Assembly: GCF_035084215.1 (NCBI RefSeq)
Contig: NC_090340.1
Coordinates: 5,022,001-5,086,000, forward strand
Length of the DNA: 64,000 nt
Direction of reading: 5' to 3'
Origin: Heptranchias perlo
Taxonomy: Eukaryota
Shown one piece after another: positions 50,371 through 62,041 of the stretch. Numbering within the stretch: the first letter of the stretch is position 1; every line of letters begins with the position of its first letter. The translations under genes and the position numbers were made by a program. A model generated the notes under the pieces. That model saw only the letters and a list, made by a program, of their open reading frames with translations, was not told the origin of the DNA and searched no databases.

Positions 50371-52492
50371 CCGATATAGTTAAAACAAGCGAACAAGTTC
50401 TTGTGAAATGACCCCGCAGAGCAAAGGTTACATTCCTTGTCCGCCAGAGAGGTGTAGGAGGGTATAACAGGCGGGGTGAAGAAAGAATGCCAGAGCCACG
50501 TTTAGACAGAAAACGGGTTTTGTTACGCAGGAAAGGGTGGAAGTATAGAAATCCTTGTCTAGCGTCAAGGCAAAAACAGTTTTTTTCTGGGAAGAGGCTT
50601 TTAAGGGTTTAACAAACTTATACTGGAACAGTTTAGATAGAAATAGAAGATATCAATTAAAGGACAAGTAATGGTGAGTGGAATGTAAAATGGAAGCAGC
50701 AGTACAAAAATACATTGAAAAGAAGTTAGCAAACAGTGAGGAATGATTCCCAGTTGAGCATCATCAGGTAGACCCCTTCGAAGCACACAATGCTACGTGG
50801 ATACATAAAACAGCAGAGTGGCCGAAATTACAGAAAAAAGATAAAAGCCGTATGATTCCTTGCCTTCAGTAAATAAAAAGAGCGATGAGAAATAAACAGG
50901 CTGTGGCCCTGGTAGGAAAGAGAAACCGACGAGACGGTTGTTAGACATTCTGAAATGGAAGAGGCAGAACAAACAAGATAATAGTCCTGGAATGAAGAAG
51001 AAACCAGCGAGGCAGTTGTTAGAGTATGTCTCTCACATCCATGCGTAGAGGAGTGAGGCCAAAGTGGGTGATCTAATGAAGGATGTCTCAAATAATGAAA
51101 GCAGAAGAAGGGGCAATTGTTGGAGCATCTTATATTAACTTGCACTGTGCAGAGACTTATATACAAAGAAGTCAAATATATAAGTTATTGGCACGAAATA
51201 TACTGAATTACAGAATAATGTTGGTGGGGCCGAATTAAATAGGGATGTCCTGAAGAGTGGCTTTCGACAAACGATGTAAACTCTGTATGAATTAGGGCCG
51301 AAAGGCTCGCAACACGTGGTTACAGTTTTAGATGACGAGCCTGTATCGTTAAAACAGACCATTGTTACGGCTACTGCCTCCATTATCAGTCAAAGGAAGA
51401 GTCAAAGGAAACAGAAAATAAGCAGAAACAGTTTGAAATAGAAGCACAGGAGAAGGAAATCCAGCAATATGGAGATGAGATTGTTGACCAACGAGCAGCA
51501 GCATCTAGTTCAGAACCATTTAAAGTTTCTGTACAAAGGGACTGTCTCAAAAAGTGAAACGGGAAAATGTGAGGGGTATAAAGATGGCCTGGGAGTTGCA
51601 GGAGAGGGTGGAAGTCGTAGAGGTTCTACAAAGTGAACTGAGAAAGAGACTAGAAATCTCAGCTGGTTCGCCACTACCCCCTTTCCATTCACAATACCCA
51701 ATTCTTCCAGCAATGGAGGAGCAGGAGAAAACTATAAATAGGAGAGCCAATGCAAGCTTGACAAAAGGTCTTTCCGACATGAGATGTTAAATCGTTTCAA
51801 AATTGAGTTAAGTAGGAAATATTGGAGATTGAAAATGAAGCTCAGAGGTAATGGATAACGCACGATTTAAATATTTCCTGCTTAACTCAGTTTTGAACCG
51901 ATTTAACATCTCATGTGGGAAACACCTTTTGTTACAAGCGAGCGAATTTTTCTTTAGTTTGAGTGATTATTGTTTTACTTGTTTTAAATCACTTCGACAA
52001 TTTGCAAAACAATTTTATTAATTTGGTTACATCTTAAAAAAAAACTCTAAGAGAAGGACTTGGAGTTGGAGATTCCAAATTCAGCTGTCCGATGTATGTC
52101 CGTGTGTGGGATAGACAGGGTTAATTTCCTTTGAAGATAAGACAGAAAAGCAAGCCAGTCGCTCCCACGTTTTCCTCGACATATTTTGTTGGACTTGTTT
52201 GGGTTAAAACGATAATTCTTTGAAATTTAGTGCTATTGTTGCAGTGCTTTGGTCAGTCAAGCGCATATTGTTTTAAGTTTCCTTATTTAAGTAGATATTA
52301 CCCACCGCGATAGAAGGAAATCTGATGCATCAGGGAGAAAAAGTGTAAGGTGGCCAATTAAAACCACCACGAAGGTCCAATGAAAGCACGAGTGTTGCCT
52401 GACACTCGCGATATCTCTGTAAATAGATCCAGTTGAGTAGAGAATGGACAAAAAAAGACAGGACGGAGTGCAAATGACCCAGAAAAATTTCA

Positions 52493-53830
52493 GTGCATAA
52501 AGTCAAAGCACATATTAAGAACGAGCCTCTATGGGAGGGAAATCAGAAAGCAGACGAATTGGCGAAGAAACGAGGAGAGGAGGGAATGCAATGGGATCCG
52601 GCAGAAATGTTTCCCCCAGTGGAAACTAATCAGCCTGAGAAATTACCCGACCCAATAGATTTGCAACAATTACAAAAAGATCCCGAAATAAAGGCAGTCG
52701 TGGTGATGCTAGAAAAGAAAGAAAGCCCAAGGGGAGAATATGTTAATCAGCCAAATTAAAGGTGAAAGATGGGATCCTGCTTTATGAACAAAAGTGGCTG
52801 GTGCCACAGAATGGGCGCAATGCTTTTCTTTACCAAGCCCATGAGGGACCCACTCCAGGACACCCCAGCCCACGGGGAACGTTAGAAAGGCTCCAGCAAG
52901 TAGCATGATGGTCAGGAATGAAAAGCCAGATAGAGCATTATTGTCACAACTGCTTAATTTGTGTACAATACAACCCAAATGCGAACACCAAGAAGGCACT
53001 GTTGTGGCACACTTGGTCAACAGCAGACCCTGGAACAGACGTACAAATCTATTATTTTGGGCCCACTCCCCCTTCTGTTCGAGGTAATCGGTACGTATTG
53101 GTGGTAGTTAACACATTCTCAAAGTGGGTTGAAGCATTCCAAATCCCCAATGGAAGAGCACAGGCCACTGCTAAAATACTGGTGAACCACGTATTCACCC
53201 GATGGGGACTCCCAAAGAGCCTCGACTCGGACCAGGGTGGTCATTTTAGGGGGAGTTACTAGGAATCAATGCATGATGCCATATTTCACCTCATCAGGCA
53301 TAATGCAGAGAATGAATCAAACATTAAAAAACAATGCTGAAGAAGTTGATTGAACAATCCCGCAAAACATGGGACCAATTGCTGCCCTTGGCGTTATTGG
53401 CTATGCGATCCATTGAGTCAGGTACCACCAAGACTTTGCCCCATGAGTTAATGACAGGGACAGTGATGAGAACTCCTGAACATTTAATGTATCAGGATAT
53501 GTCTGATCTGCAGTATCAGGTCTTCACTCAGGAGCGGTATGTTCACCAATTACGTGACCAGCTGCAACAGACAATGGTCTTTGCAGCCGTTAATATTGGA
53601 CAATCGAAAAAAGCCAGCAAAATGTATTTTGACACCAAATTCAAAGCAGTAGAATGGGATGTGGGACAGGCAGTGATGGTAAAAACATACCAATCAGCAG
53701 GGCCATTCACAGCTCACGTTGCTGGAACATAATCCATTGTCGATAAAACCAGTCCATCTGTGTACAAAGTAGCTCTGAAGAAGGGAAAAGAAAATGGTTC
53801 CTTGTCGACTAACTAAAAGAGTAAAAGGGA
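52493..53830 (+). pseudogene. pol: ERV2 pol remnant (RNase H end + integrase)
   Basis: Frameshifted fragments carrying HHCC and DDE-core motifs; WDQLLPLALLAMRS. Confidence 0.88.
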
Positions 53831-54785
53831 GATGTACATGGGTAAACAACCCAAAGGAGGAAGAGATTGCTCACCTCCATCTTATGCTATGGGACGAGGA
53901 GGGTGACAACATATTACACCCACCTGTGGTAGGACAGAGAGCCCCTTGTCCTAGGCGACTGAGACAAAGGCCGGTCCATTCCCCTGATAGGCACACTCCT
54001 CCATGGGATTACAGACAAAGATGGTTACTATTCTTAAGTGGCAATTGGAGATTTGCATGAAACTGAATAAAATGTATTAACAAATAGCAGACATTACCCA
54101 TAGATTTTGTTTTCTCCTATGTCCTGACTTGATACCAACATCGGGAAAACGAAACGAAACATCAATAAGAATGAAATGACTGTTTGTCATGTTAATATGT
54201 ATGTTAATATTATGTGTAAAAGGATTTCAACTAAAAAGTGAAGAATGTAGCATAACGGCATACCAAGGTAGTGAGGATAAAGGGCAGACTCGAGCAATAC
54301 CATGGAATAGAACACAGACATGGCTCGGATCCTTATGGCTCGACCAGGAAGGAACACGGGTCGGATTACATTGTAGGTACAAAATAGAACATAATACCAA
54401 ACAACTTCCCCTGATCTGGTGGAAGAAGGAAATGGATGACTCGGGGCATGTGATCACACTACGCCCTCTTAATGAAAAGGTGGGACAATTGCTGGGGTGG
54501 GGGGGGGGGGCGGGGGTTGGTGGTGGCTACTCTGTGGAAACCACCCCTGAAAAGAAGAATAGTGTAAAAAATGATCTAATTTGGCTGGCATTTAAACAAA
54601 GATTTTGCCCAGAGAAATGCAGGCAGGGATCTGGATGAGACTTGGCCCCTGCACATTCAAGAACACTTGATTAATTTTGTCTGGGACAATGTGACAACCA
54701 CCCCAATCACCAACAGTAGGGGGCCCACAGTAGAAAAAGGCGAGAATTGGTGCAATGAAGGTACACTAGTTTGATTCCTGGGATG

Positions 54786-55917
54786 TGCAAGGATTTTAGA
54801 CATTGGGTCAGATCCCATTTTACTCTTTTGAACTGCTGGACGATTCAGCGTAAATGGTTAAGTAGTTCCTTTAAGCATTTCGATAGTCACTTGGACAGTA
54901 CATTTATAGTACATGTGAATGCAAGGGTTAACTCGCCCCTTGACATTGCCTTTGAACATTTTGACAGTATAAAGTTACTACTGCAAAGACAGCAAACTGC
55001 AGTCAGTTTAAACCGGACATTTAGACATCAGTTTAAAACTGCAAAAGCAACAGAGTACAGAAATAGCAACAAACTGCGGTTGTCAATATCTTCTGATCAG
55101 CACTAAAGACACAAGCTTTATGTCACGTTCCAGACACGTCAAGAGGCTTTGAGAGAGTTTGAACCGGGTGTTTGGTTCTCACCGTAAACGCAAAGGACTA
55201 GAAGCTTCGAGAAAGTTCTACCGACGTCAGTTCTCAAGACATGCTCAAAACAAAGGAGCACCTAATTGCACCTGGATCCACACGGAGAAGAAGATACAAT
55301 GGATTCACACAGTTGTTGAGTAGGTCAAATAACCATACATCATTTGTGCAAATTTGGGTGAGTGGCCAAACGGGGTCTTCTCATAACTTGGAGCACACCC
55401 TTTTAGTCAAAAAAGCACACAAAGATAGGACATCGTATAAGCTTCAACAGTCAACACTTGCAGGAGCAACAGTTGCATAATTACTGCGGTATGAGCTCCT
55501 CCATCAATGAGCACTTCCAAACTTTGCTTCTGAACTTTGACAACAGGACTTTGGTTCTGAACTTTGACAAAAAGAGAAACCTTGATGAGAAAACACAGAA
55601 ACTCGAAACATCATTCCACACATCATTCGATACATCATTCAACCTGTTACCGCATCGATGGACACCCTACTTTTAGACAGCTGCCTTGATGTTTTATCGA
55701 GGTTGTTTGCATTATTTGATTGTTTTGATTTATGCCTGCTTGTGGGAATCGGGTAGAGTAATCCACTTATTGATTGAGTTGTTTCATGCTTATGTATGCC
55801 TTTTTAATTCATTAAATAATCACTTTGATGAAAGAAAAAAACACATAATCGTGTAATTTTTTGTCTGAACAATTGTCCAGGCTTACGAATCTCCGGAAAG
55901 ATAAAAACTTCCCTACA
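54786..55917 (+). repeat. Second, diverged ERV2 LTR copy; GATG-flanked on both sides within CR1 sequence (solo-LTR-like)
   Basis: Colinear with 49111-50350; preceded by ...TTGATTCCTGGGATG and followed by GATGAGAGGG, the CR1 continuation. Confidence 0.85.
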
Positions 55918-56375
55918 GATGAGAGGGTTGTCCCATGAAGAGAGAAGGAGTAGAATGGGTCTTTTTTCTCTGGAGCTGAGAAGAATAAGAGGTGATCTCA
56001 TTGAAACGTTTAAAATTCTTAAAGGGCTGGACAAGGTAGATGCTGAGAGGCTGTTTGCCCTGGTAGGAGAGTGTCGAGCTAGGTGACATATTCTCAAGAT
56101 AAGGCCCGGCCATTTAGGACCACGATGATGAAGAATTTCTTCATTCAGAGGGTCGTGAAACTTTAATATTTTCTACCCCAGAGGACCGTGGATATTCAGT
56201 CGTTGTGTCGATTCTGAAATCGATAGATTTTTGGACACTAAGGGAATCAAAGGATATGGGTATAGAACGGGAAAGTGCAGCCGAGGTGGAAGATCAGCCA
56301 TGACCTTATTGAATAGCGGAGCCGGCTAGAGGGGTGGAATGGCCTCATTCTGCTCTTATTTCTTATGTTCCTCTG
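55918..56375 (+). mobile_element. CR1 3' end (host of the ERV2 insertion; 5' part at ~48990-49110)
   Basis: Continues the CR1 IPGMRGL..EER sequence across the LTR. Confidence 0.85.
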
Positions 56376-56528
56376 ATGGGAGACGTTTACCTTTTTGATC
56401 CATTTTACAAATCCGCAAATAAAAACACTCTTTAAACGTAAAAGGTTTGAATTAATTGTACGCCACAACCAAAAATGATGGGAGCAAATAATGCAGATTT
56501 AAAGTTAACGGTGGCTGCCAATATCTGT

Positions 56529-56764
56529 AACACATGTATATACAACCGCGCTCTGGGCTGGCTGTGTCGCTTTCAAACTGCTGGGAGCTTCATACATTCC
56601 CTCCGAATTCAGCTTTTTAATGGTGCTGATCCCAGTCACAATGTTGATGTCATTTTTATACCAAGTGAAGTTGAGAGATTCTGGATAGAACACAGCAACA
56701 CAAGAATGAGAGCAGGTGAGTTCGTTCCAGACACTTGGGGACCAGACTCACGTGTTGCGGGTAG
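56529..56764 (-). pseudogene. Ig C1-set domain pseudo-exon
   Basis: Acceptor ttccacAG; ALILV(fs)AVFYPESLNFTWYKN...NSEGMYEAPSSL...YTCV; frameshifted, B-strand Cys disrupted, G strand missing. Confidence 0.85.
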
Positions 56765-57774
56765 CTGTGGAACAGGTTAGAGAATAAACTGAATGTTTGG
56801 ACTCTGCTAATTCAGTCCCGTTTGGCATTCAGTCTTCTAGAATATAACGTCGAGACTCTCAGTTACAGGTTCGTTGAATCCAATTCACACTTTGCTCAAC
56901 AATTTGAAATAAGATTCTTCCTCCTGACTAAAGTGCGGATGATTCACAACCGTGTAGCTGTAAACAGGAGAATGTATTTCAGTGCGAGTAAACGTTCATG
57001 CCGTCGCTGCATTGTGCTTAGTCCATGGAAAGAATTAGATTTAGATTTTAACTCAGCGGCCTTTTGCTCAGTTTTATTATTGTGCAGCTTTTAATAAATA
57101 GGCAAAACTTATTCAGGTAATATTAATTCAAACTGCTCATGTTAAGATTTGCAAATTTGGAACAAAGGGGCACAATTATTACCGTCCAGACAAGCGGTAC
57201 TTTGATCCCGGGTTTATAATCGGGGCCGGAAAAAACATTTTGTCAAAAATTGTGAAGAGAGAAAAAACAAACTTGCTGGAAGTTTGGTTCTGTTGAAATG
57301 GCGGGTAAGAGAAGTTTGAGAGGATCATCGATGGAGCTGAATGAGGAAAGTGGCTGGATGTCCAGTGACAACATCTTCCATCCTGACACATAGCAGACTG
57401 GAAATATATTATCACTGTCAAGAGCCCCCCTCACATTCTTGCTTGTTAAAGTTACAATTCAAATCGAGAGTCACGGTCGGGCCTCAATCCACGAAGCAGC
57501 GCGTGAGATCCCTTTGAGAAGCCTGGCGCTCACTGATTGGTTCGAAACCCATGCCGTATAACTCCGGTCTGGTGTCAAATCTAGTTTTCAAAATTGATCA
57601 AAGTGTCACTTGGACCACATTGTAAACTTACTTGTAGTTTATTCAACTGTGACTAAATTATAGACCCTCGTCTCTCCTCTCTAAATATTTAACCATGTAC
57701 AGAGCTTCCCTCCGCCCCCTCCCCCCACGCAAACACAGACAGACACACACAGGAGAATTATACATCACACCGAC

Positions 57775-58265
57775 ATTCAGTTCTGGGCACCGCACTTCAG
57801 GAAGGGCATATTGGCCTTGGAAGGGGTGCAGCACAAATTCACCACAATGATACCCGGACTAAAGGAGTTAAGTTATGAGAACAGGTTGCATAGACTAGAC
57901 ATGTATTTCCTTGAGTATAGAAAGTTAAGGGGTGATCTAATTGAGGTGTTTAAGATGATTGAGTTATTTATAAGGTAGATAGAGAGAAACGATTTCCTCC
58001 GGTAGGGGAATCCAGAACGAGGGGGACACTTCTGTACACGCAGGGAAAAGGACATCTGGAACTTACTCCACCCAAAGGCTGTTGAAGCAAGGTCAACTGA
58101 AAATTTCAAAACTGAGATTGACAGATTTCTGTTAGGTGAGGTTATTAAGATGAATGGAACTCAGGAGGGCAAATAGAATTAAGATACAGATTAAGCATGA
58201 TCGAATTGAAAGGCGGAACTGTCTCGAGCAGCTGAATGACTTATTCCTGTTCACACGGTCCTATT
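57775..58265 (+). mobile_element. Old CR1 3' fragment
   Basis: QFWAPHFRK and LRGDLIEVFK motifs. Confidence 0.8.
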
Positions 58266-58404
58266 TTTGACCCCATTTCCAACAGTCATAAGTGGTTGCT
58301 GAGCAAAAAACATAATTAAGCGCTTCAGAGAGGGTGCAATCTGTACTCCTTATTTATATACACTGCGTAACTTTGCCTGCATCAAGGTTTCCACGAAGTT
58401 CCTT

Positions 58405-61280
58405 TTTATTCGTTCATTGGATGTGGGCGTCGCTGGCGAGGCTGGCATTTATTGACCATTCCTAAATGCCCTTGAGAAGGTGGTGGTGAGCCGCCTTCTT
58501 GAACCGCTGCAGTCCGTGAGGTGAAGGTTCTCCCAGAATGCTGTTAGGAAGGGAGTTCCAGGATTTCGACCCAGCGACGATGAAGGGACGGCGATATATT
58601 TCCAAGTCGGGATGGTGTGTGACTTGGAGGGGAATGTGCAGGTGGTGTTGTTCCCATGTACCTGCTGCTCTTGTCCTTCTAGGTGGTAGATGTCGCGGGT
58701 TTTGGAGGTGCTGTCGAAGAAGCCTTGGCGAGTTGCTACAGTGCAGCCTGTGGATGGTACTCACTGCAGCCACTGTGCGCCGGTGGTGAAGGGAGTGAAT
58801 GTTTAGGGTGGTGTATGGGGTGCCAATCAAGCGGGCTGCTTTGTCCTGGATGGTGTCGAGCTTCTTGAGTGTTGTTGGAGCTGCACTCATCCAGGCAAAT
58901 GGAGAATATTCAATCACACTCCTGACTTGTGCCTTGTTGAAGGTGGAAAGGTTTTGGGAGTCAGGAGGTGAGTCACTCGCCACAGAATACCCAGCCTCTG
59001 ACCTGCTCTTGTAGCCACAGTATTTATATGGCTGTTCCAGTTAAGCTTGTGGTCAATGGTGACCCCAAGGATGTTGATGATGGGGGATTCGGCGATGGTA
59101 ATTCCATTGAATGTCAAAGGGAGGTGGTTAGCCTCTCTCTTGTTGGAGATGGTCATTGCCTGGCACTTGTCAGGCGCGAATGTTACTTGCCACTTATGAG
59201 CCCAAGGCTGGATGTCGTCCAAGTCTTGCTGCATGTGGGCTCGGACTGCTTCATTATTTGAGGGGTTGCGAGTCGAACTGAACACTGTGCAATCATCAGC
59301 GAACATCCCCATTTCTGACCTTATGGTGGAGGGAAGATCATTGATGAAACAGCTGAAGATGGTTGGGCCTATGACAATGCCTTGACGAACTCCTGCAGCA
59401 ATGTCCTGGGGCTGAGATGATTGGCCTCCAACAACCACCATGTTCCTTTGTGCTGGGTATGACTCCAGCCACTGCAGAGTTTTTCCCCTGATTCCAATTG
59501 ATTTCAACTTTACTCGGGCTCCTTGGTGTCACAATCGGTCAAATACTGCCTTGAATTCAAGGGCAGTCACTCTCACCTCACTTCTGGAATTCAGCTCTTT
59601 TGTCCATGTTTGGACCAAGGCTGTAATGAAGTCTGGAGCCGAGTGGTCCTGGCTGAATGCACACTGAGCATCGTTGAGTAAGTTATTGGTGAGTAAGTGC
59701 CGCTTGATAGCACTGTCGACCACATCTTCCATCACTTTGCTGATGATTGAGAGTAGACTGATGGGGCGGATTGGATTTGTTCTGCTTTTTGTGGACAGAA
59801 CATAGCTGGGCAATTTTCCGCATTTTCGGTTAGATGCAAGTGTTGTAGCTGTACTGGAACAGCTTGCCTGGAGGTGCAGCTAATTCAGGAGCACAAGCCT
59901 TTCGCACGACAGCCGGGATGTTGTCAGGGCCCATGGCCTTTGCTGTATCCAGTGCACTCAGCCGTTTCTTGAAATCACGTGGAGTGAATCGAATTGGCTG
60001 AAGACTGGCTTCTGTGATGGTGGGGATATCGAAAGGCGGCCAAGATGGATCATCCACTCGGCACTTATGGCTGAAGGTGGTTGCAAATGCTTCAGCCTTG
60101 TCTTTTGCACTCACGTGCTTGACTCCGCCATCGTTGAGGATGGGGATGTTTACAGAGCCTCCTCCTCCTGTTAGTTGTTTAATTGTCCATCACCATTCAC
60201 AACTGGATGTGGCAGGACTGCAGAGGTTTGATCTGATCCGTTGGTTGTGGAATCGTTTAGCTCTTTCCATAGCATGTTGCATCCGCTGTTTAGCATGCAT
60301 GTAGTCCTGAGTTGTAGCATCACCAGGTTGGCACCTTGTTTTTAGGTACGCCTGGTGCTGCTCCTGGCATGCTCTTCTACACTCTTCATTGAACCAGGGT
60401 TGATCCCCTGGCTTGTTGGTAATCATAGAGTGAGGAATATGCCGGGCCATGAGGTTACAGATTGTGGTGGAATCCTATTCTGTTGCTGCTGATGGCACAC
60501 AGCGCCTCATGGATGCCCAGTTTTGAGCTGCTAGATCTGTTCTGAATCGAACCAATTTAGCACGGTGGTAATGCCACACAACACGTTGGATGATGTCCTC
60601 AGTGCGAAGACGGGACTTCGTCTCCACGAGGACTGTGCAGTGGTCACTCCTACCAATACTGTCATTGACAGATGCATTTGCGACAGGTGGATTGGTGAGG
60701 ACGAGGTAAAGTAGGTTTTGCCCTCATGTTGGTTCACTCACCACCTGCCGCAGGCCCAGTCCAGCAGCTATGCCTGCTGCCCTTGTCCTTCTCGGTGGTA
60801 GAAGTCGTGGGTTTGGGAGTTGCGGTCGAAGAAGCTTTGGCGAGTTGCTGCATTGCATCATGTGGATGGTACACACTGCAGTCACAGTGCGCCGATGGTG
60901 AAGGGAGTGAATGTTTAGAATGTTGGATAGGGTGCCAATCAAGCGGGATGTTTTGTCCTTGAAGTTGTCGTGCTTCTTGAGTGTTGTTGGAACTGCACTC
61001 ATCCAGGCAAGTGGAGAGTATTCCATCATACTCCTGACTTGTGCCTTGTAGATGTTGGAAAGACTTTGGAGAGTCAGGAGGTGAGTCACTCGCTGCAGAA
61101 TACCAAGCCTCTGACCTGCGCTTGTAGCCACAGTATTTATATGGCTGCTCCAGTTAAGTCTCTGGTCAATGGTGACCCCCAGAATGTTGATGGTGGGGCA
61201 TTCTATTTTTTTTATTCGTTCATGGAACGTGAGCGTCACTGGCGAGGCCAGCATTTATTTCCCATTCCTAATTGCTCTTA
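58405..61280 (-). mobile_element. LINE family A copies (EN-RT-tail), tandem or nested
   Basis: MFADDCT, PELAAP, QPWFNEEC, YSPFAW on the minus strand; a second 3' fragment is fused at ~60770. Confidence 0.9.
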
Positions 61281-61299
61281 AATCTCACGGGATCCAAGT

Positions 61300-62040
61300 T
61301 GGCGTTGGGGAGAGTTATAGAACAAAGAGATCTAGGAGTACAGGTTCATAGCTCCTTGAAAGTCGAGTCACAGGTGGATAGGGTGGTGAAGAAGCCATTC
61401 GGCATGCTTGGTTTCATTGGTCAGAACATTGAATACAGGAGTTGGGATGTCTTGTTGAAATTGTACAAGACATTAGTAAGGCCACACTTGGAATACTGTG
61501 TACAGTTCTGGTCACCCTATTATAGAAAGGATATTATTAAACTAGAAAGAGTGCAGAAAAGATTTACTAGGAAGCTACCGGGACTTGATGGTTTGACTTA
61601 CAGGGAGAGGTTAGACAGACTGAGACTTTTTCCACTGGAAAGTAGTAGGTTAAGGGGTGATCTTATAGAAGTCGATAAAATAATGAGGGGCATCGATGAG
61701 GTAGATAGTCAAAATCTTTTCCCAAAGGTAGGGGAGTCTATAACGAGGGGACATAGATTTAAGTTGAGAGGGGAGAGATACAAAAGGGTCCAGAGGGGCA
61801 ATTTTTTCACTCACAGGGTGGTGAGTGTCTGGAACGAGCTGCCAGAGGCAGTAGTAGAGGCAGGTACAATTTTGTCTTTTAAAAAGCATTTGGACAGTTA
61901 CATGGGTAAGATGGATATAGAGGGATATGGGTCAAGTGCAGGCAATTGGGACTAGCTGAGTGGTATAAACTGGGCGACATGGACATGTTGGGCCGAAGTG
62001 CCTGTTTCCATGTTGTAACTTCTATGATTCTATGATTCTA
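61300..62040 (+). mobile_element. CR1 3' fragment with (ATTCTATG)n tail
   Basis: RDLGVQVH, LVRPHLEYCVQFW, WNELP. Confidence 0.92.
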
Positions 62041-62041
62041 T

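Larger units (their letters stand above)
49111..54750 (+). mobile_element. Endogenous retrovirus 2: 5' LTR, tRNA-Lys PBS, decayed gag, RNase H/integrase, env 5' part
   Basis: LTR TGTAAGG...CCCTACA (49111-50350); PBS; KVKAH..GNQKADELAK; HHCC finger; VVNTFSKWVEAF; DSDQGGHF; signal-peptide ORF at 54189. Confidence 0.88.
46195..56764 (-). pseudogene. Ig-superfamily C1-TM-cytoplasmic receptor pseudogene (SIRP-like / non-rearranging antigen-receptor-like)
   Basis: Ordered minus-strand exons with compatible phases: C1 56764-56529, TM 48517-48405, cytoplasmic 46813-46770 and 46239-46195. Confidence 0.7.

Noticed and set aside
56505-56764. Rearranging Ig/TCR locus constant exon
   Set aside because: No RSS-flanked V/D/J segments were seen, and the linked TM and cytoplasmic exons do not resemble Ig or TCR.
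56780-57250. Leader and V exons of the IgSF gene (donor at ~57182, acceptor at ~56969)
   Set aside because: Splice-like signals exist, but the translations lack a convincing signal peptide or V-set Cys/Trp motifs.
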